DNA of 63,971 nt, filler included, from Octopus bimaculoides (lineage: Eukaryota): NCBI RefSeq assembly GCF_001194135.2. It is 9 parts of 9 records of this genome, joined end to end, with 100 filler letters (N's around TTAATTAATTAA, not from the genome) between each part and the next. Parts side by side here need not be neighbours in the genome. Positions count along the whole stretch, not along the records: positions 1 to 15,752 come from NC_069004.1; positions 15,853 to 26,689 come from NC_068981.1; 7 more parts are not named here. The stretch is one strand, 5' to 3'. Position 1 is the first letter of the stretch. Every line of letters starts with the position of its first letter. Below are positions 11,600-23,790 of this stretch, piece by piece. A model generated the notes under the pieces. The model saw only the letters and a program-made list of their open reading frames with translations. It had not been told where the DNA came from and searched no databases. The translations under genes and the position numbers were made by a program.

Positions 11600-13421
11600 G
11601 AATCCAGCCCATTCCACGAGACATTTCATCACGACTAAGTGACCTCCAGTTTTTTTCCGACCACGCCGGCTGTCTCCAGAGAAACTCCGGATCGCCCGGG
11701 TTGAATTAGAGCACATACTCCAGCTAGGGCCTTATTCGTCCCTCCATGAGCCCCTGGGCAGCACCTTTACACATGGCCAGGAATAATGAAGCTGATTTTC
11801 GACCGGTTGGAGATTTTAGATATCTTAACACTATCACTATTGCAGATCGCTATCCCCAACCAAATGTGCAGGATTTGTGGTATGCTCTGCACGGCTGTAA
11901 GATTTTTTCTAAAATGGACTTAGTACGCGCGTACCGCCAAACCCCTGTCAACCCCGACGACATTCCAAAGACAGCCGTTTGGAGCGTTTGAATTCTTGTC
12001 TATGCCGTTTGGTCTTCGTAATGCAGCCAGCACGTTCCAAAGGTTCATTGATGAGGTCGTTCGTGTGTTAGGTTTTGTCGATGACCTTCTAATCGCCAGT
12101 GGTACTCCAGACCAGCACCGCCAACACTTAACCCAATTGTTCAAGCGCCTACGTTCCTATGATATGAAGATCAAACCAGTTAAGTGTGTATTCGGTTCTA
12201 CCAGCTTGGAATTCTTGGGGCATCTCATTGACGCTGACGGGATTCGGCCGTTTCCCTCTAAAGTGGAAGCTTTTGANNNNNNNNNNCGTCCGTTTCCCTC
12301 TAAAGTGGAAGCTTTTGAATCTGTCAAAGCTGACCTTGCTCAAGCATCCTTCCTCGCTCATCCTATTGCAGATGCAAAATTGACATTCTCTGACGACGCG
12401 TCATCATCCGCTATTGCCGCAGTTTTAGAGCAATCTGTCAACAGCCAAAGCCAGCCATTAGCCTTCTTTTCGCGCCAGTTGAAAATTACCGAATTGAGAT
12501 ATAGTGTGTTTGGTAAAGAACTATTAGCAATTTACCTGGCGGTGAAGTATTTCTCTCATCTTCTTGAAGGTAGAGATTTCACGATTTTCACCGACCACAA
12601 ACCGCTAACGTTCGCTCTCTTTGCCAAAACAGACTGGTACTCGCCCAGAGAAACAAGGCATTTGGACTACATATCACAGTTCACTAGTAACATTCGCCAC
12701 ATCGCTGGCACTGACAACATCCTCGCCGACGCCTTATCTCGCCTGCCTATCGGTGCATTGTCGTCTCCAGCTTCGATTGATTTGGTTGCTTTGGCTACTG
12801 ACCAACCCTCCTTGGATTTTCTGGACATCTCTTCACCACAGTTTTCCTGCTACAAGCTTGAACACCTGCCTCTGCCTTTTTCTGAAGGAACCATTCTCTG
12901 CGTTATTTCTACCGGGTCACTCTGACCCCTCGTTCCTGAACATCACCGTCGTGCTGTTTTTGAAGTACTGCATTCACTGTCACACCCCGGCATTGCGGCC
13001 ACAGTAAAGCTTATCTCGGACCGCTTTTTCTGGCCGAATATGCGTCAGTTTATTACTGTTTGGTCACGTGCCTGTCTATCATGTCAGCGTTTCAAGGTGT
13101 ATCGTCATGTGAGAGCCCCTCTTGGATATTTCCAGCCAACGGACACCAGGTTCCGTCACATTCACATTGACCTGGTTGGTCTTTAGCCGGTCAGTTGCGG
13201 ATTTACTTATATATTGACCTGCATCGACCGCTTCTCCAGATGGCCTGAAGCCATTCCTCTTGAGGACATTTCCGCGGAAACAGTCGCCAGAGCACTCATA
13301 TCCGGGTGGATATCTCGCTTCGCAGTACCCTCTAGAATTACTACTGATCGTGGACACCAATTTGAAGCTTGTCTGTTCCGTGAATTTTCGAGATTGCTCG
13401 GAGTTCAGCACATCCACACCA
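11600..13421 (+). pseudogene. pol: Gypsy pol: RT, RNase H, integrase (frameshifts, stops, deletions; runs into N gap)
   Basis: RPRRLSPEKL...SPWAAPLHM...GDFRYLN; MPFGLRNAASTFQR; FVDDLL; DASSSAIAAVLEQ...FTDHKPL; integrase HHCC region (LHSLSHPG...CLSCQ); [13 protein letters not shown]...ITTDRGHQF. Confidence 0.92.
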
Positions 13422-13991
13422 NNNNNNNNNNNNNNNNNNNNNNNNNNNNNNNNNNNNNNNNNNNNNNNNNNNNNNNNNNNNNNNNNNNNNNNNNNNNNNN
13501 NNNNNNNNNNNNNNNNNNNNNNNNNNNNNNNNNNNNNNNNNNNNNNNNNNNNNNNNNNNNNNNNNNNNNNNNNNNNNNNNNNNNNNNNNNNNNNNNNNNN
13601 NNNNNNNNNNNNNNNNNNNNNNNNNNNNNNNNNNNNNNNNNNNNNNNNNNNNNNNNNNNNNNNNNNNNNNNNNNNNNNNNNNNNNNNNNNNNNNNNNNNN
13701 NNNNNNNNNNNNNNNNNNNNNNNNNNNNNNNNNNNNNNNNNNNNNNNNNNNNNNNNNNNNNNNNNNNNNNNNNNNNNNNNNNNNNNNNNNNNNNNNNNNN
13801 NNNNNNNNNNNNNNNNNNNNNNNNNNNNNNNNNNNNNNNNNNNNNNNNNNNNNNNNNNNNNNNNNNNNNNNNNNNNNNNNNNNNNNNNNNNNNNNNNNNN
13901 NNNNNNNNNNNNNNNNNNNNNNNNNNNNNNNNNNNNNNNNNNNNNNNNNNNNNNNNNNNNNNNNNNNNNNNNNNNNNNNNNNNNNNNNNNN

Positions 13992-14149
13992 TATATATAT
14001 ATATATGAGGCCGGCATTAAAGGTATTTAAGGTTACAGCCTTGTTCTATGTATTTCTTTGTACCGTGTTCCTATCAAATGATATTACAGCCTTCTGAGTA
14101 GAGTCATATTTAGATGGCTCTACAACCATGGTACAAACAGCCATCTAAA
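13992..14149 (+). repeat. 3' LTR (distal part; the rest lies in the N gap)
   Basis: Matches 11432-11569 with about 12 differences in ~140 bp by manual alignment. Confidence 0.8.
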
Positions 14150-15192
14150 TCAGCATCAAGCAGACAAACCAATGAATGAAGTTCTTCGTTTTCGCCTAAC
14201 CTACTAGAAATACTAGCTAAATCTCTCAAATCTTACCCATCATCTAGGATAAAAAAAGGCAAAGATACATTAGCCAATGTTAACAACAAAAAAATTGAAC
14301 GAACACAGCTGAAATAACTATGGCATATCGGTATGAAAGCATATTTAAATACGTATTTACTACTACTGGACAAATATTTGGCCATTCTGCCTTAAGAATT
14401 CTGTTGGACGCCATCATGGTTATTATATACCTAGTAAATCTGACTTTGAACAAACTGACTGAGTGAAAATACGTCACTAGAGCAATTTATATACTAAGAA
14501 TGTAACAGTGAATTGAAAAACTTCGATTGCTATATTTATTCTGCAAGCAGTTAGTAGACAAAATCTTTCTCTGTATTTATAGTCTAAAAGCATAAAAGAT
14601 AACTTTAAAATTAGTTGATCTAAGTTTTTGTACAATAAATACAATGCGGATTGATGTGGATTTGATCTTTAAAGTCAACTGATGAAACTAACAGACATGT
14701 TTCAGTCTTATTACATTTCTTCAGGGAAGTAGGAAAAGCTAAGAGTAAGCGATCAATAAACCGTAAAAAGGGCAGTCAGGGGACTCTCTCCCATTTTTTC
14801 GCACATCAGTAATATTGAGGCGCTTTACAATATTTAAATTTATTTAAATTTTGATTTACGCGGTGTTGTGCAAAAACTGAGAGAGGGAGGAGTGAGAGAG
14901 AGAGAGGTAATGTAGTGAGGCTAATTATAAATATCGACGATGTGACTGAGGGAAAATACCTCAGGGGAGTGATCTGCATTCGAAATATAATAACAGTAGG
15001 GTCACTCACACATGTAATACAGCTAGTTGAAAACTTTCGATCATCTGAGGTTATCCAAACAATTACTGAAACAAAATCCTGTCAGGAGAGTTTAAAATCT
15101 AAGCAAGCAAGGTAGATAATTCTAATAAGATCGGTTCATAGAAATTTACGGGGCATGGGCAATGAAGATAGGAATAAATTTAATATTCAAAG

Positions 15193-15354
15193 CAGTGGCA
15201 TAACTTAGGTTTATAGCTCCCGGAAGCACTGCGACGAGGATGCGCTCTCTTTTTATTTATTTGTTTTACTTTTTTTCTTTTGAAATGTTGTGCTCCTAAA
15301 AATTTTGCACCCAAGGAAACCGGCCCTGCGGCTCCCGCTGATGTGACACCACTG
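15193..15354. mobile_element. hAT-type MITE
   Basis: TIRs CAGTGGCATAAC / GTGACACCACTG. 8-bp flanks ATTCAAAG / CTTTAAAG (6 of 8 match). Confidence 0.55.
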
Positions 15355-15752
15355 CTTTAAAGCCAACTGGTAAATGAAACAGACGTACTACAGTCTCGTT
15401 TATCATTCATCATAAGCATTCTCGATCAGAGCTAACCTAAGGCTAAACAACAACAACTGATCAAATAACAAAATGTACATTTGCAACTTGAGCCAGGAAG
15501 TAAGCAAAAAAAAAAAATGTAGGAGAAAAAAATTTCTTGCTTTTCACTGATTCATCTGGAACTGCTGAAAATTGATATTAGTCATTAATTAAAAAAAAGT
15601 GCTCCAATGCCAAGTCGACCAGAACATCATTTATGGGGAAAACATGAAAAGAAAATACATTATGGGCGTGGTTCTTTGACAACTAATTTCACGATTGTTT
15701 GTTCTGTACTTTGCTTATTCAAGCAAATTTCAGACACAATAACACATCTGAT

Positions 15753-15852
15753 NNNNNNNNNNNNNNNNNNNNNNNNNNNNNNNNNNNNNNNNNNNNTTAA
15801 TTAATTAANNNNNNNNNNNNNNNNNNNNNNNNNNNNNNNNNNNNNNNNNNNN
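15753..15852. other. Synthetic scaffold-join spacer
   Basis: 44 N + TTAATTAATTAA + 44 N. Confidence 0.9.
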
Positions 15853-16288
15853 TAAGCAAATAGATCTAGATATAGTCTTACAGATGTTGCTGGGATATTA
15901 TGGAAATTCCTTCATCAGAGAGGATGTGAGATAGTTAAATAGAGAGAAATATATATAAGGAACATAAGGTGAGTTAGAAAATGCTAAAATAATATTATCA
16001 TGAAGTACATTTATTACGTGTTTTAGTCTTTGCGATATTTTGAACTATAAGTAAAGCATGATAAACAATTTAATTGGGGCAACATTTAATTAAATCTTAA
16101 AAAAAATATTTCCATAGTCTTCTAACGCAAGGGATAATTTCCCTTTCTTTTTTTTTTTTTTGTCTGTGTGTCTCCCATTTTTACTCTTGTGTAGGCTTCG
16201 TAGCAGGTGGAAGGTAATTGCAGTCCTAAAAGTATATGAATTCTTGGTTTTGATTGATTAAGCAGCAGTAGCAGCGGAGGAAGGGGGT

Positions 16289-16397
16289 GAAGAAGAAGAA
16301 GAAGAAGAAGAAGAAGAAGAAGAAGAAGAAGAAGAAGAAGAAGAAGAAGAAGAAGAAGAAGAAGAAGAAGAAGAAGAAGAAGAAGAAGAAGAAGAAG
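16289..16397. repeat. (GAA)n microsatellite
   Basis: Pure triplet run; explains the poly-K and poly-L ORFs. Confidence 0.95.
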
Positions 16398-16564
16398 CAT
16401 CATCTGATTATCAAATGGCTTATTTATACCTATGTTTATCAATACAGAGTTTGCACTAATAGGTTTAGAGATAGAGTTAGGAGATATATTTGCCAATTTT
16501 CTCTTAAGTTTAGTGTTAGGTATGCACGAAAACTTGTTCATTAAAACCATTTAGTTTCAAGGCG

Positions 16565-16915
16565 TTATTTATTTTTTTTCCGGTGCATGCTGATTAAAGA
16601 TCTTCTCATTAGCAGAATTTGGAATTCTAATGGAAAAGTTGTAACAATGCTGTTGTTGATAGTTAACCTAGGATGATTAGAAGCCACGTTAATATATTGC
16701 AGGGATTGATTGGGTTTTCGATATGGGTAGTATAATTTAGTATTAATGTCCAACGTGACGCCCAGAAAATTTTCTACCTTAAAATTTGAATCAAAGGTAA
16801 TGTTAAATTCTAAGGGCTTTTTATCCATTCTACCGCCAGTTTGGATAGGCCATGGATAAGAAGGAACACATCGACCTAGTAAAGACCTCCGGATACATCT
16901 GGAAAACTAGTTTTA
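16565..16915 (-). pseudogene. Penelope-like element RT C-terminal fragment
   Basis: NFLGVTLDINTKLYYPYRKPNQSLQYINVASNHP matches the PLE RT thumb. A degenerate GLY(R)DD lies upstream. Confidence 0.75.
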
Positions 16916-17060
16916 ATTTAGGAGAGGAGATACAGGCCCACAAAAAACCGTGACCTGCATGCATATGCATCAGAAAACATACATAAAACAAGACATACAA
17001 ATCTGAACATATGCATGCATGCATACATACATACAAACATACATACATGTAATGTTATGT

Positions 17061-17498
17061 TGGCACTCCATCGCTTACGACGTCGAGGGTTCCAGTTGAT
17101 CCGATCAACGGAACAACCTGCTCGTGAAATTAACGTGCAAGTGGCTGAGCCTTCCACAGACACGTGTACCCTTAACAGAATTCTCGGGGATATTCAGCGT
17201 GACACAGNNNNNNNNNNACACGTGTACCCTTAACAGAATTCTCGGGGATATTCAGCGTGACACAGTGTGACAAGGCTGACCCTTTGAATTACAGGCACAA
17301 CAGAAACAGGAAGTAAGAGTGAGAGAAAGTTGTGGTGAAAGAATACAGCAGGGTTCGCCACTATTCCCCGCGGGAGCCTCGTGGAGCTTTAGGTATTTTC
17401 GCTCAATAAACACTCACAACGCCCGGTTTGGGAATCGAAACCGCGATCCTATGACCGCGAGTCCGCTGCCCTAACGACCGGGCCATTGCGCCTCCGCA
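17061..17498 (-). mobile_element. tRNA-derived SINE (family D), near full length
   Basis: Minus-strand head ggcgcaatggcccggtcgttagggcagcggactcgcgg...ggtttcgattccc has A- and B-box-like motifs. The core is shared with 38131-38257. Contains a 10-N gap with duplicated flanks. Confidence 0.75.
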
Positions 17499-17516
17499 CA
17501 TACATACATACATACA

Positions 17517-17550
<34 letters not shown>

Positions 17551-18039
17551 CATAAAAATACCCTGTTGACGTTGTTGAAATTCCAATGAAGGAATATTTG
17601 ATATAGGTTAGAAACTGACTCTTTATTAGCAAGAATATATTTATATTTATATTCTCTATTGGCAAGGATATATTCATGTATATAAGTCGATGGAGTTTGC
17701 TGCACCTTCACAGATGTTTGTCGTCTCTGTGTGCTTCCTCTTTGTCAAGGCCCCTCAGATGTCAATATACATATATATGTATGTTTGTATGTATCTATGT
17801 ATGTATGCATATGCATGCATGTACATGTATGTATGCATATATGTATGCATATATGTATGCATGCACGTATGTATGTATGCATGCATGGATTTATGTATCT
17901 ATGCATGTATGTCATTATTCAGCTTTATTTCAAGATGTCATGCCAATAGAGAAATAGTATTTTATGTATGTATGTATGTATATGTTCAGATTTGTACGTT
18001 TTGTTTTAGGAATGTCTTCTCATGCATGTAGTTGCATAT

Positions 18040-18850
18040 GTAGACGCACTGGTATATACTTCAGTAATACTTTTCCATAAAATTTTCCATATTTTTACAG
18101 TTCCTATAGTGGATTTGATCTGTAGTCTTTGAATCAGGCTTCCCCTTTCTGGTTTTGAAAAGCATGCTTTCTCAAAATTGGCATTTAGGCAGTGTGTTAC
18201 ATAAACCAGTGCCCCAATGATTATAGATATAAACCTGAACTTGTAATCTGGATATAGTAAATGCAAATTTCTCAGTAATTCAGCCTCAGTATTTTCTTAT
18301 ATTCAGCTTTATGTTAACATCCGCTGGGCAGCTGATTTCCACAACTGTACACAACTGTACACAAGTTATCATGTCAGCTCTCACCTGTGTACACTTTATT
18401 GAGGCTTTCAGTGGGACATTCCACCAGTATACCTTTATCATTTTTATAAGTGGCTATGACTTCCACCATACTGTAAGTTCTTATTTCTTTGTCCTCAGAT
18501 TCATCCTTCTGATGGATCTCGTTATACAGTGTTCTAGACACAACATCATGTCTCATCGGTAGATAATACCTTCATGACATTTTTGGACGACTGCTTATGA
18601 TGTGAGTGATATCTTCAGTGTTAACTCCACAAAGTCTGCATCTGCTGTTATATTTTGCTGCTTTTTGTGAATCTCTTTGCCATTTGTGCATCGGCTATTT
18701 GGTTTGTATCTCCTGTTCGTTGACTGCAAAGGCACACTTTTCAAAGTTGGATATAGTAACCCGGTTGTAGGTTCATGATAGACTGCTTTAATGATCAATG
18801 TCTGTTTTATCCCGAACTCTTCTAGTAAGATATCCATGTATCTTCTTCTA
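18040..18850 (-). pseudogene. R4/Dong-like non-LTR retrotransposon C-terminus (zinc-knuckle region plus restriction-like endonuclease)
   Basis: THIISS.PKMS.RYYLPMRHDVVSRTLYNEI; KVYWWNVP; VEISCPADVNIK; ISIIIGALVYV. Many frameshifts. Confidence 0.75.
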
Positions 18851-19411
18851 CTGATATGTTTATGTATGTGTGTGCATATATATATATATACACATACATA
18901 TATATATATGTGTATGTGTGTGTGAGAGAGAGAAAGAGAGTATGTGTGTGGGTGTGACTGTGTGTCTATGTGTACGGACGGATGTATTTTTCAATAGGGT
19001 CAAGTTCTTTTAATCTGAAGAGAAGGTAGACTAATCACTTGAATTCTTTTAGGGATAGGAAAATGATGAATACTAATAACCTAAACAAACTAATCTTGCC
19101 AATTGATAACATGATTCCTAGCTATACTCTAGAGTTGGAAATAATCAATAGATGTGTTCTGGGTATTGAAGAATTATACGAAATATTCATACCGAGAAAA
19201 AACATTACTTAATACCATACATATACACATGCATACATGCATACACGTACACAAACACAGACATAGACAGAGACACAGATATATATTACTCAACGAAATC
19301 TCAACTTTGATTTTCACGTTTTATTTACAATCTTATAATAATATAATATATAATATAATGTAATATAATGAAATAATAGAATATTACAAGTCCATTCAGA
19401 TTGAACTAGCA

Positions 19412-19558
19412 CTTTCATGCCTTAAATTATGCAATCCTCAGGTTCAGGTTGTAGTGGCAACAGTTATGTTTTACGATTTACAACAGTTGTAAATTGTGAA
19501 ACATAACTGTCACCACTAGTATATGAGCCTGAAAATTGCATAGTTTAATGCATGAAAG
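19412..19558. repeat. 147-bp imperfect palindrome (73-bp arms, 1-nt centre)
   Basis: Arms are reverse complements around 19485, with about 13 mismatches by manual alignment. Confidence 0.85.
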
Positions 19559-20662
19559 AAGGACTTCAGTCAGAAAGGATATTTAATTTTTAATTGTCTA
19601 TAATTTCATTATATTGTACTATCTTATATTATTATATGATTGTAAACAAGTAGAAAATCAGAGTTGAAATTTTTTTGAGTAGTATATCATTTTATACACA
19701 CGCATACACATCGCTNNNNNNNNNNNNNNNNNNNNNNNNNNNNNNNNNNNNNNNNNNNNNNNNNNNNNNNNNNNNNNNNNNNNNNNNNNNNNNNNNNNNN
19801 NNNNNNNNNNNNNNNNNNNNNNNNNNNNNNNNNNNNNNNNNNNNNNNNNNNNNNNNNNNNNNNNNNNNNNNNNNNNNNNNNNNNNNNNNNNNNNNNNNNN
19901 NNNNNNNNNNNNNNNNNNNNNNNNNNNNNNNNNNNNNNNNNNNNNNNNNNNNNNNNNNNNNNNNNNNNNNNNNNNNNNNNNNNNNNNNNNNNNNNNNNNN
20001 NNNNNNNNNNNNNNNNNNNNNNNNNNNNNNNNNNNNNNNNNNNNNNNNNNNNNNNNNNNNNNNNNNNNNNNNNNNNNNNNNNNNNNNNNNNNNNNNNNNN
20101 NNNNNNNNNNNNNNNNNNNNNNNNNNNNNNNNNNNNNNNNNNNNNNNNNNNNNNNNNNNNNNNNNNNNNNNNNNNNNNNNNNNNNNNNNNNNNNNNNNNN
20201 NNNNNNNNNNNNNNNNNNNNNNNNNNNNNNNNNNNNNNNNNNNNNNNNNNNNNNNNNNNNNNNNNNNNNNNNNNNNNNNNNNNNNNNNNNNNNNNNNNNN
20301 NNNNNNNNNNNNNNNNNNNNNNNNNNNNNNNNNNNNNNNNNNNNNNNNNNNNNNNNNNNNNNNNNNNNNNNNNNNNNNNNNNNNNNNNNNNNNNNNNNNN
20401 NNNNNNNNNNNNNNNNNNNNNNNNNNNNNNNNNNNNNNNNNNNNNNNNNNNNNNNNNNNNNNNNNNNNNNNNNNNNNNNNNNNNNNNNNNNNNNNNNNNN
20501 NNNNNNNNNNNNNNNNNNNNNNNNNNNNNNNNNNNNNNNNNNNNNNNNNNNNNNNNNNNNNNNNNNNNNNNNNNNNNNNNNNNNNNNNNNNNNNNNNNNN
20601 NNNNNNNNNNNNNNNNNNNNNNNNNNNNNNNNNNNNNNNNNNNNNNNNNNNNNNNNNNNNNN

Positions 20663-20698
<36 letters not shown>

Positions 20699-21200
20699 GT
20701 GATGTTTTAGAAAGCACGATTATCCGTTTGTAATTTGTATCTGTATATATTACTTAACACTAAAGCCTTCCATCACATCATTCACAGCAAATCCACATTT
20801 ATGCAACCATCATATGAATATTAACTGTCGAAATCAAATAATATACAGGATATTTTCTTACATAAAAGTAGGAACATACTGAGTGACTATTACAATTCAT
20901 GACAGCTTTGGATAGAATGTTGCTCGTCTAACGGAAATCATTTTAAAGGTCGATTTTTCAGTGTATATACTGATTCAGAACACAAACATTTTCGTTAGAA
21001 TCCCCAGTAATTGGAATGGCATGTTCTTCTTTACGTTAGAAAACACTTTGATAGACAGACGTCGTAGAGAGAAAGGAACACTAGAAACTGTGTATCTTAA
21101 AGTTCTGGAACATGAATGTCGGAAATGTGGAGTAAAAATTTTAGCCAGTTTCATCAACTTTTATAAAGGACAAGCCACACATCGCATGTGTCGATAATCG

Positions 21201-21259
<59 letters not shown>

Positions 21260-21763
21260 CTACACATAATGTTACACAAAGACATGCATGTTCACACACA
21301 CAAACACACTCACACTCACTTACACTTTGTATGTTACTTAAAGTTAGAACTGTTTTGACCATAGTTGAAGCCACAAGTGAATATTTTCCATTTCAAAACA
21401 ATACCCTTTTAATCTCCCAACCGTTTACTCTTTTGAATATTTACAAATCGATATTTACAAATTGCCGATTTTCTTGGTAGGCAAGGTGAAGTCTCTGCTT
21501 CCTTGATGTTATCAGAATAAAACTAATAAAAATTGTAATACATTCTTCTGTACATACCATTAATATCAAACACTACCAGTTATTAACTCATGACACCTTA
21601 TTTTTGTCCTACTTGATCAATTATTTCTCGTTACATTTTTATCATACCTTAAATAATTTAGCATTAATTTCGGTGTTCAACAATATTATCTAACATTCAC
21701 CAAGTATTCCCACACTTACATCATATCAAAACTATCATCATATGAACACATTCACTTCTTAAG

Positions 21764-22175
21764 TGGTGAGCTGGCTGACTCGTTTTCAAAATGTTTGGCG
21801 GCAATTTCTTTTCTTACACTCTGAGCGCAAATTCTGCCGAGGTTGATTTTGGATTTCATCCTTTCGGGGTCGAGAAAATAAGAAAGAATTGAAATCTGGG
21901 TATGAATGTAATCGACTTACCTCTACCCCGAAATTGCTGGACTTGTGCATAAAATTGAAATCACAGGCGATGAGCTACCAGAATCGATAACACGCCGGGC
22001 AAATTGTTTAGAGACTTTTCGTCCGACTTTATGTTCTCAGTTCAAATTTCATCGAGGTTAACTTTGTCTTTAATCTTTTCGGGGTCGATAAAATAAGTAA
22101 GAGTTGAGCACTGAAGTCGATGTAATCGACTTACCCCTTCCCTCAAAATAGTATTTTGTCAAAATATGAAATCAT
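21764..22175 (+). mobile_element. Two tandem family B SINE copies
   Basis: Each has a gagct..cagaatcg-like head and a ttcaaat...gagg...ttcatcctttcggggtcga..aaataag body. Confidence 0.7.
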
Positions 22176-23419
22176 TATTTCTTATTTAAATTTCATCAAA
22201 TATCCTTCACTCCCAGATTTCGTTTTCTCGCTAACTTTAGTACCATCTACCATTAACTCAATAGCTTTGTCTTAATATTTTATCAATCATTTCTTACATT
22301 CTAATGTTCTTATCTTCTTAATCTATTTTCTTTTCTGGCTCCCTATTTATTATTCTCTCTTTCTTTACGTACTTTTCTAAGACTGTATTATTCTCACGAT
22401 TTCACTCTTCAGTTTATCCTATTGATATAATACTGAATAGCGTCTTGCTTTTTCCATATTATTCTTTCTTTAGTTTCATCACTGCTTTCATCATTCTATG
22501 TTTGATTACCACATTTAGTTTGTTCAGTTTTAAGATGTTTTCTAGTTTCTTTCTTTATTTATTTTCTTAAAACTCCCCCTCCCATTTGTTTCCTTTTTAT
22601 GACTGTTTTTCAGAACGCTATTTGATTCTCCCAATCTTGTATTAAGATTTCCTCTTTTCTTTTCTTAACTCCTACCATTGAGTAAACCTTTTCTGCCAAT
22701 ATTCACGTTTGCTGCTACGTTTGCTTAACATAACTTTGACAATTGTCTTTTAGTCGCTTTGGCAAAGCATTGAACATTTGTTCCACTTGTTACCACCTTA
22801 TTAGAATTTATTTAATTTTGTTTTATTATGTTTCTATTATTTTATTATTTTATTTGAGTAACAGTGTTTCAAAGCAGACCTATATTCGAATTTCAGTCAC
22901 CATCTTAGCATACTTCTAGTTTCTTTAAAATCTACTTTCATTCTTATCATTACAGGAGAATAGATTCTATTCAACGGATTTTTTCAAAGAAAGAACTAAA
23001 ACTACAATGAAGAAGAAAAAGCAAATAAATTTGATATAAAAAAAATAATTCATTGCCACTACTCTTTTTCTTTCTTCACTTCCGTTTCCCCAGAATAAAC
23101 GATGAACTATGAAAATAAGCAAGTAAGATTGTGTGCGATTAAAATATTTATTTACAGGAGCGTATGAAATTCACTGCGTCAATAAATCTCGGTTCTAATT
23201 CCATTACAAGCATCCCTTCTTGAAAATATTACTTTCTTGGTATGCGTATCATACAAGGAATGACCTATACAATGATTATCTTTAAAAGAGAGCACTATTT
23301 ACACAAACAGTGATAACACACATACACACACAAACACACACATACACACAGGCACACCCATATACATCAGTTTGCATAAACTATTTAAAATTGTGTGATT
23401 TTCATATCCGATGTTTGTT

Positions 23420-23790
23420 TGATAGAGAAATTACACAAGTTTCTATCAGAACTCATTCATCAAATTTTGCTGAGTGCATAATCTGAGGAAGTCACAGTCT
23501 TGCCGATCGTGTGTTCTGGTTACAGTTGTCCTTGCTGGGAATTTCAACAAAGGACAATGTGACTAGAATTGCTGTCAAATATTAGGGATTAGAAAGTGAT
23601 TGACACCAAATTGACACATTGGTTGTGTCATTAAAGATTTAAGGACAAAGGCCGTGTTTTGTCCACAGACTGAAGTTTCTGGAATATGCACTGTATAGAC
23701 TGCTTTGAGCCATTCAATCTGATATGACATCAAAAATATCTGCTTCAATATAAGTATAAAGAGTCGGCATCGAATGAAAGAGCAGCTTTT
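23420..23790 (+). pseudogene. Possible LINE apurinic endonuclease fragment
   Basis: VVLAGNFN resembles the GDFN motif. Heavily decayed. Confidence 0.25.

Larger units (their letters stand above)
11190..14149 (+). mobile_element. Ty3/Gypsy LTR retrotransposon lacking gag and protease
   Basis: Two homologous LTRs, a PBS and RT-RNaseH-integrase order. Putative 4-bp TSD CCAG/TCAG (one mismatch). Confidence 0.9.

Noticed and set aside
12250-12320. Apparent tandem duplications flanking 10-N gaps (also 17160-17265 and 55190-55370)
   Set aside because: Overlapping contig ends left unmerged by the assembler.
17400-17498. Functional tRNA genes at SINE heads (also 32420, 33089, 52345)
   Set aside because: A/B-box motifs are present but there is no complete cloverleaf, and they continue into SINE bodies or are truncated.
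20961-21197. 78-aa ORF with a CRKC motif
   Set aside because: No recognisable domain, no convincing splice pair, and it runs up to a CA repeat.
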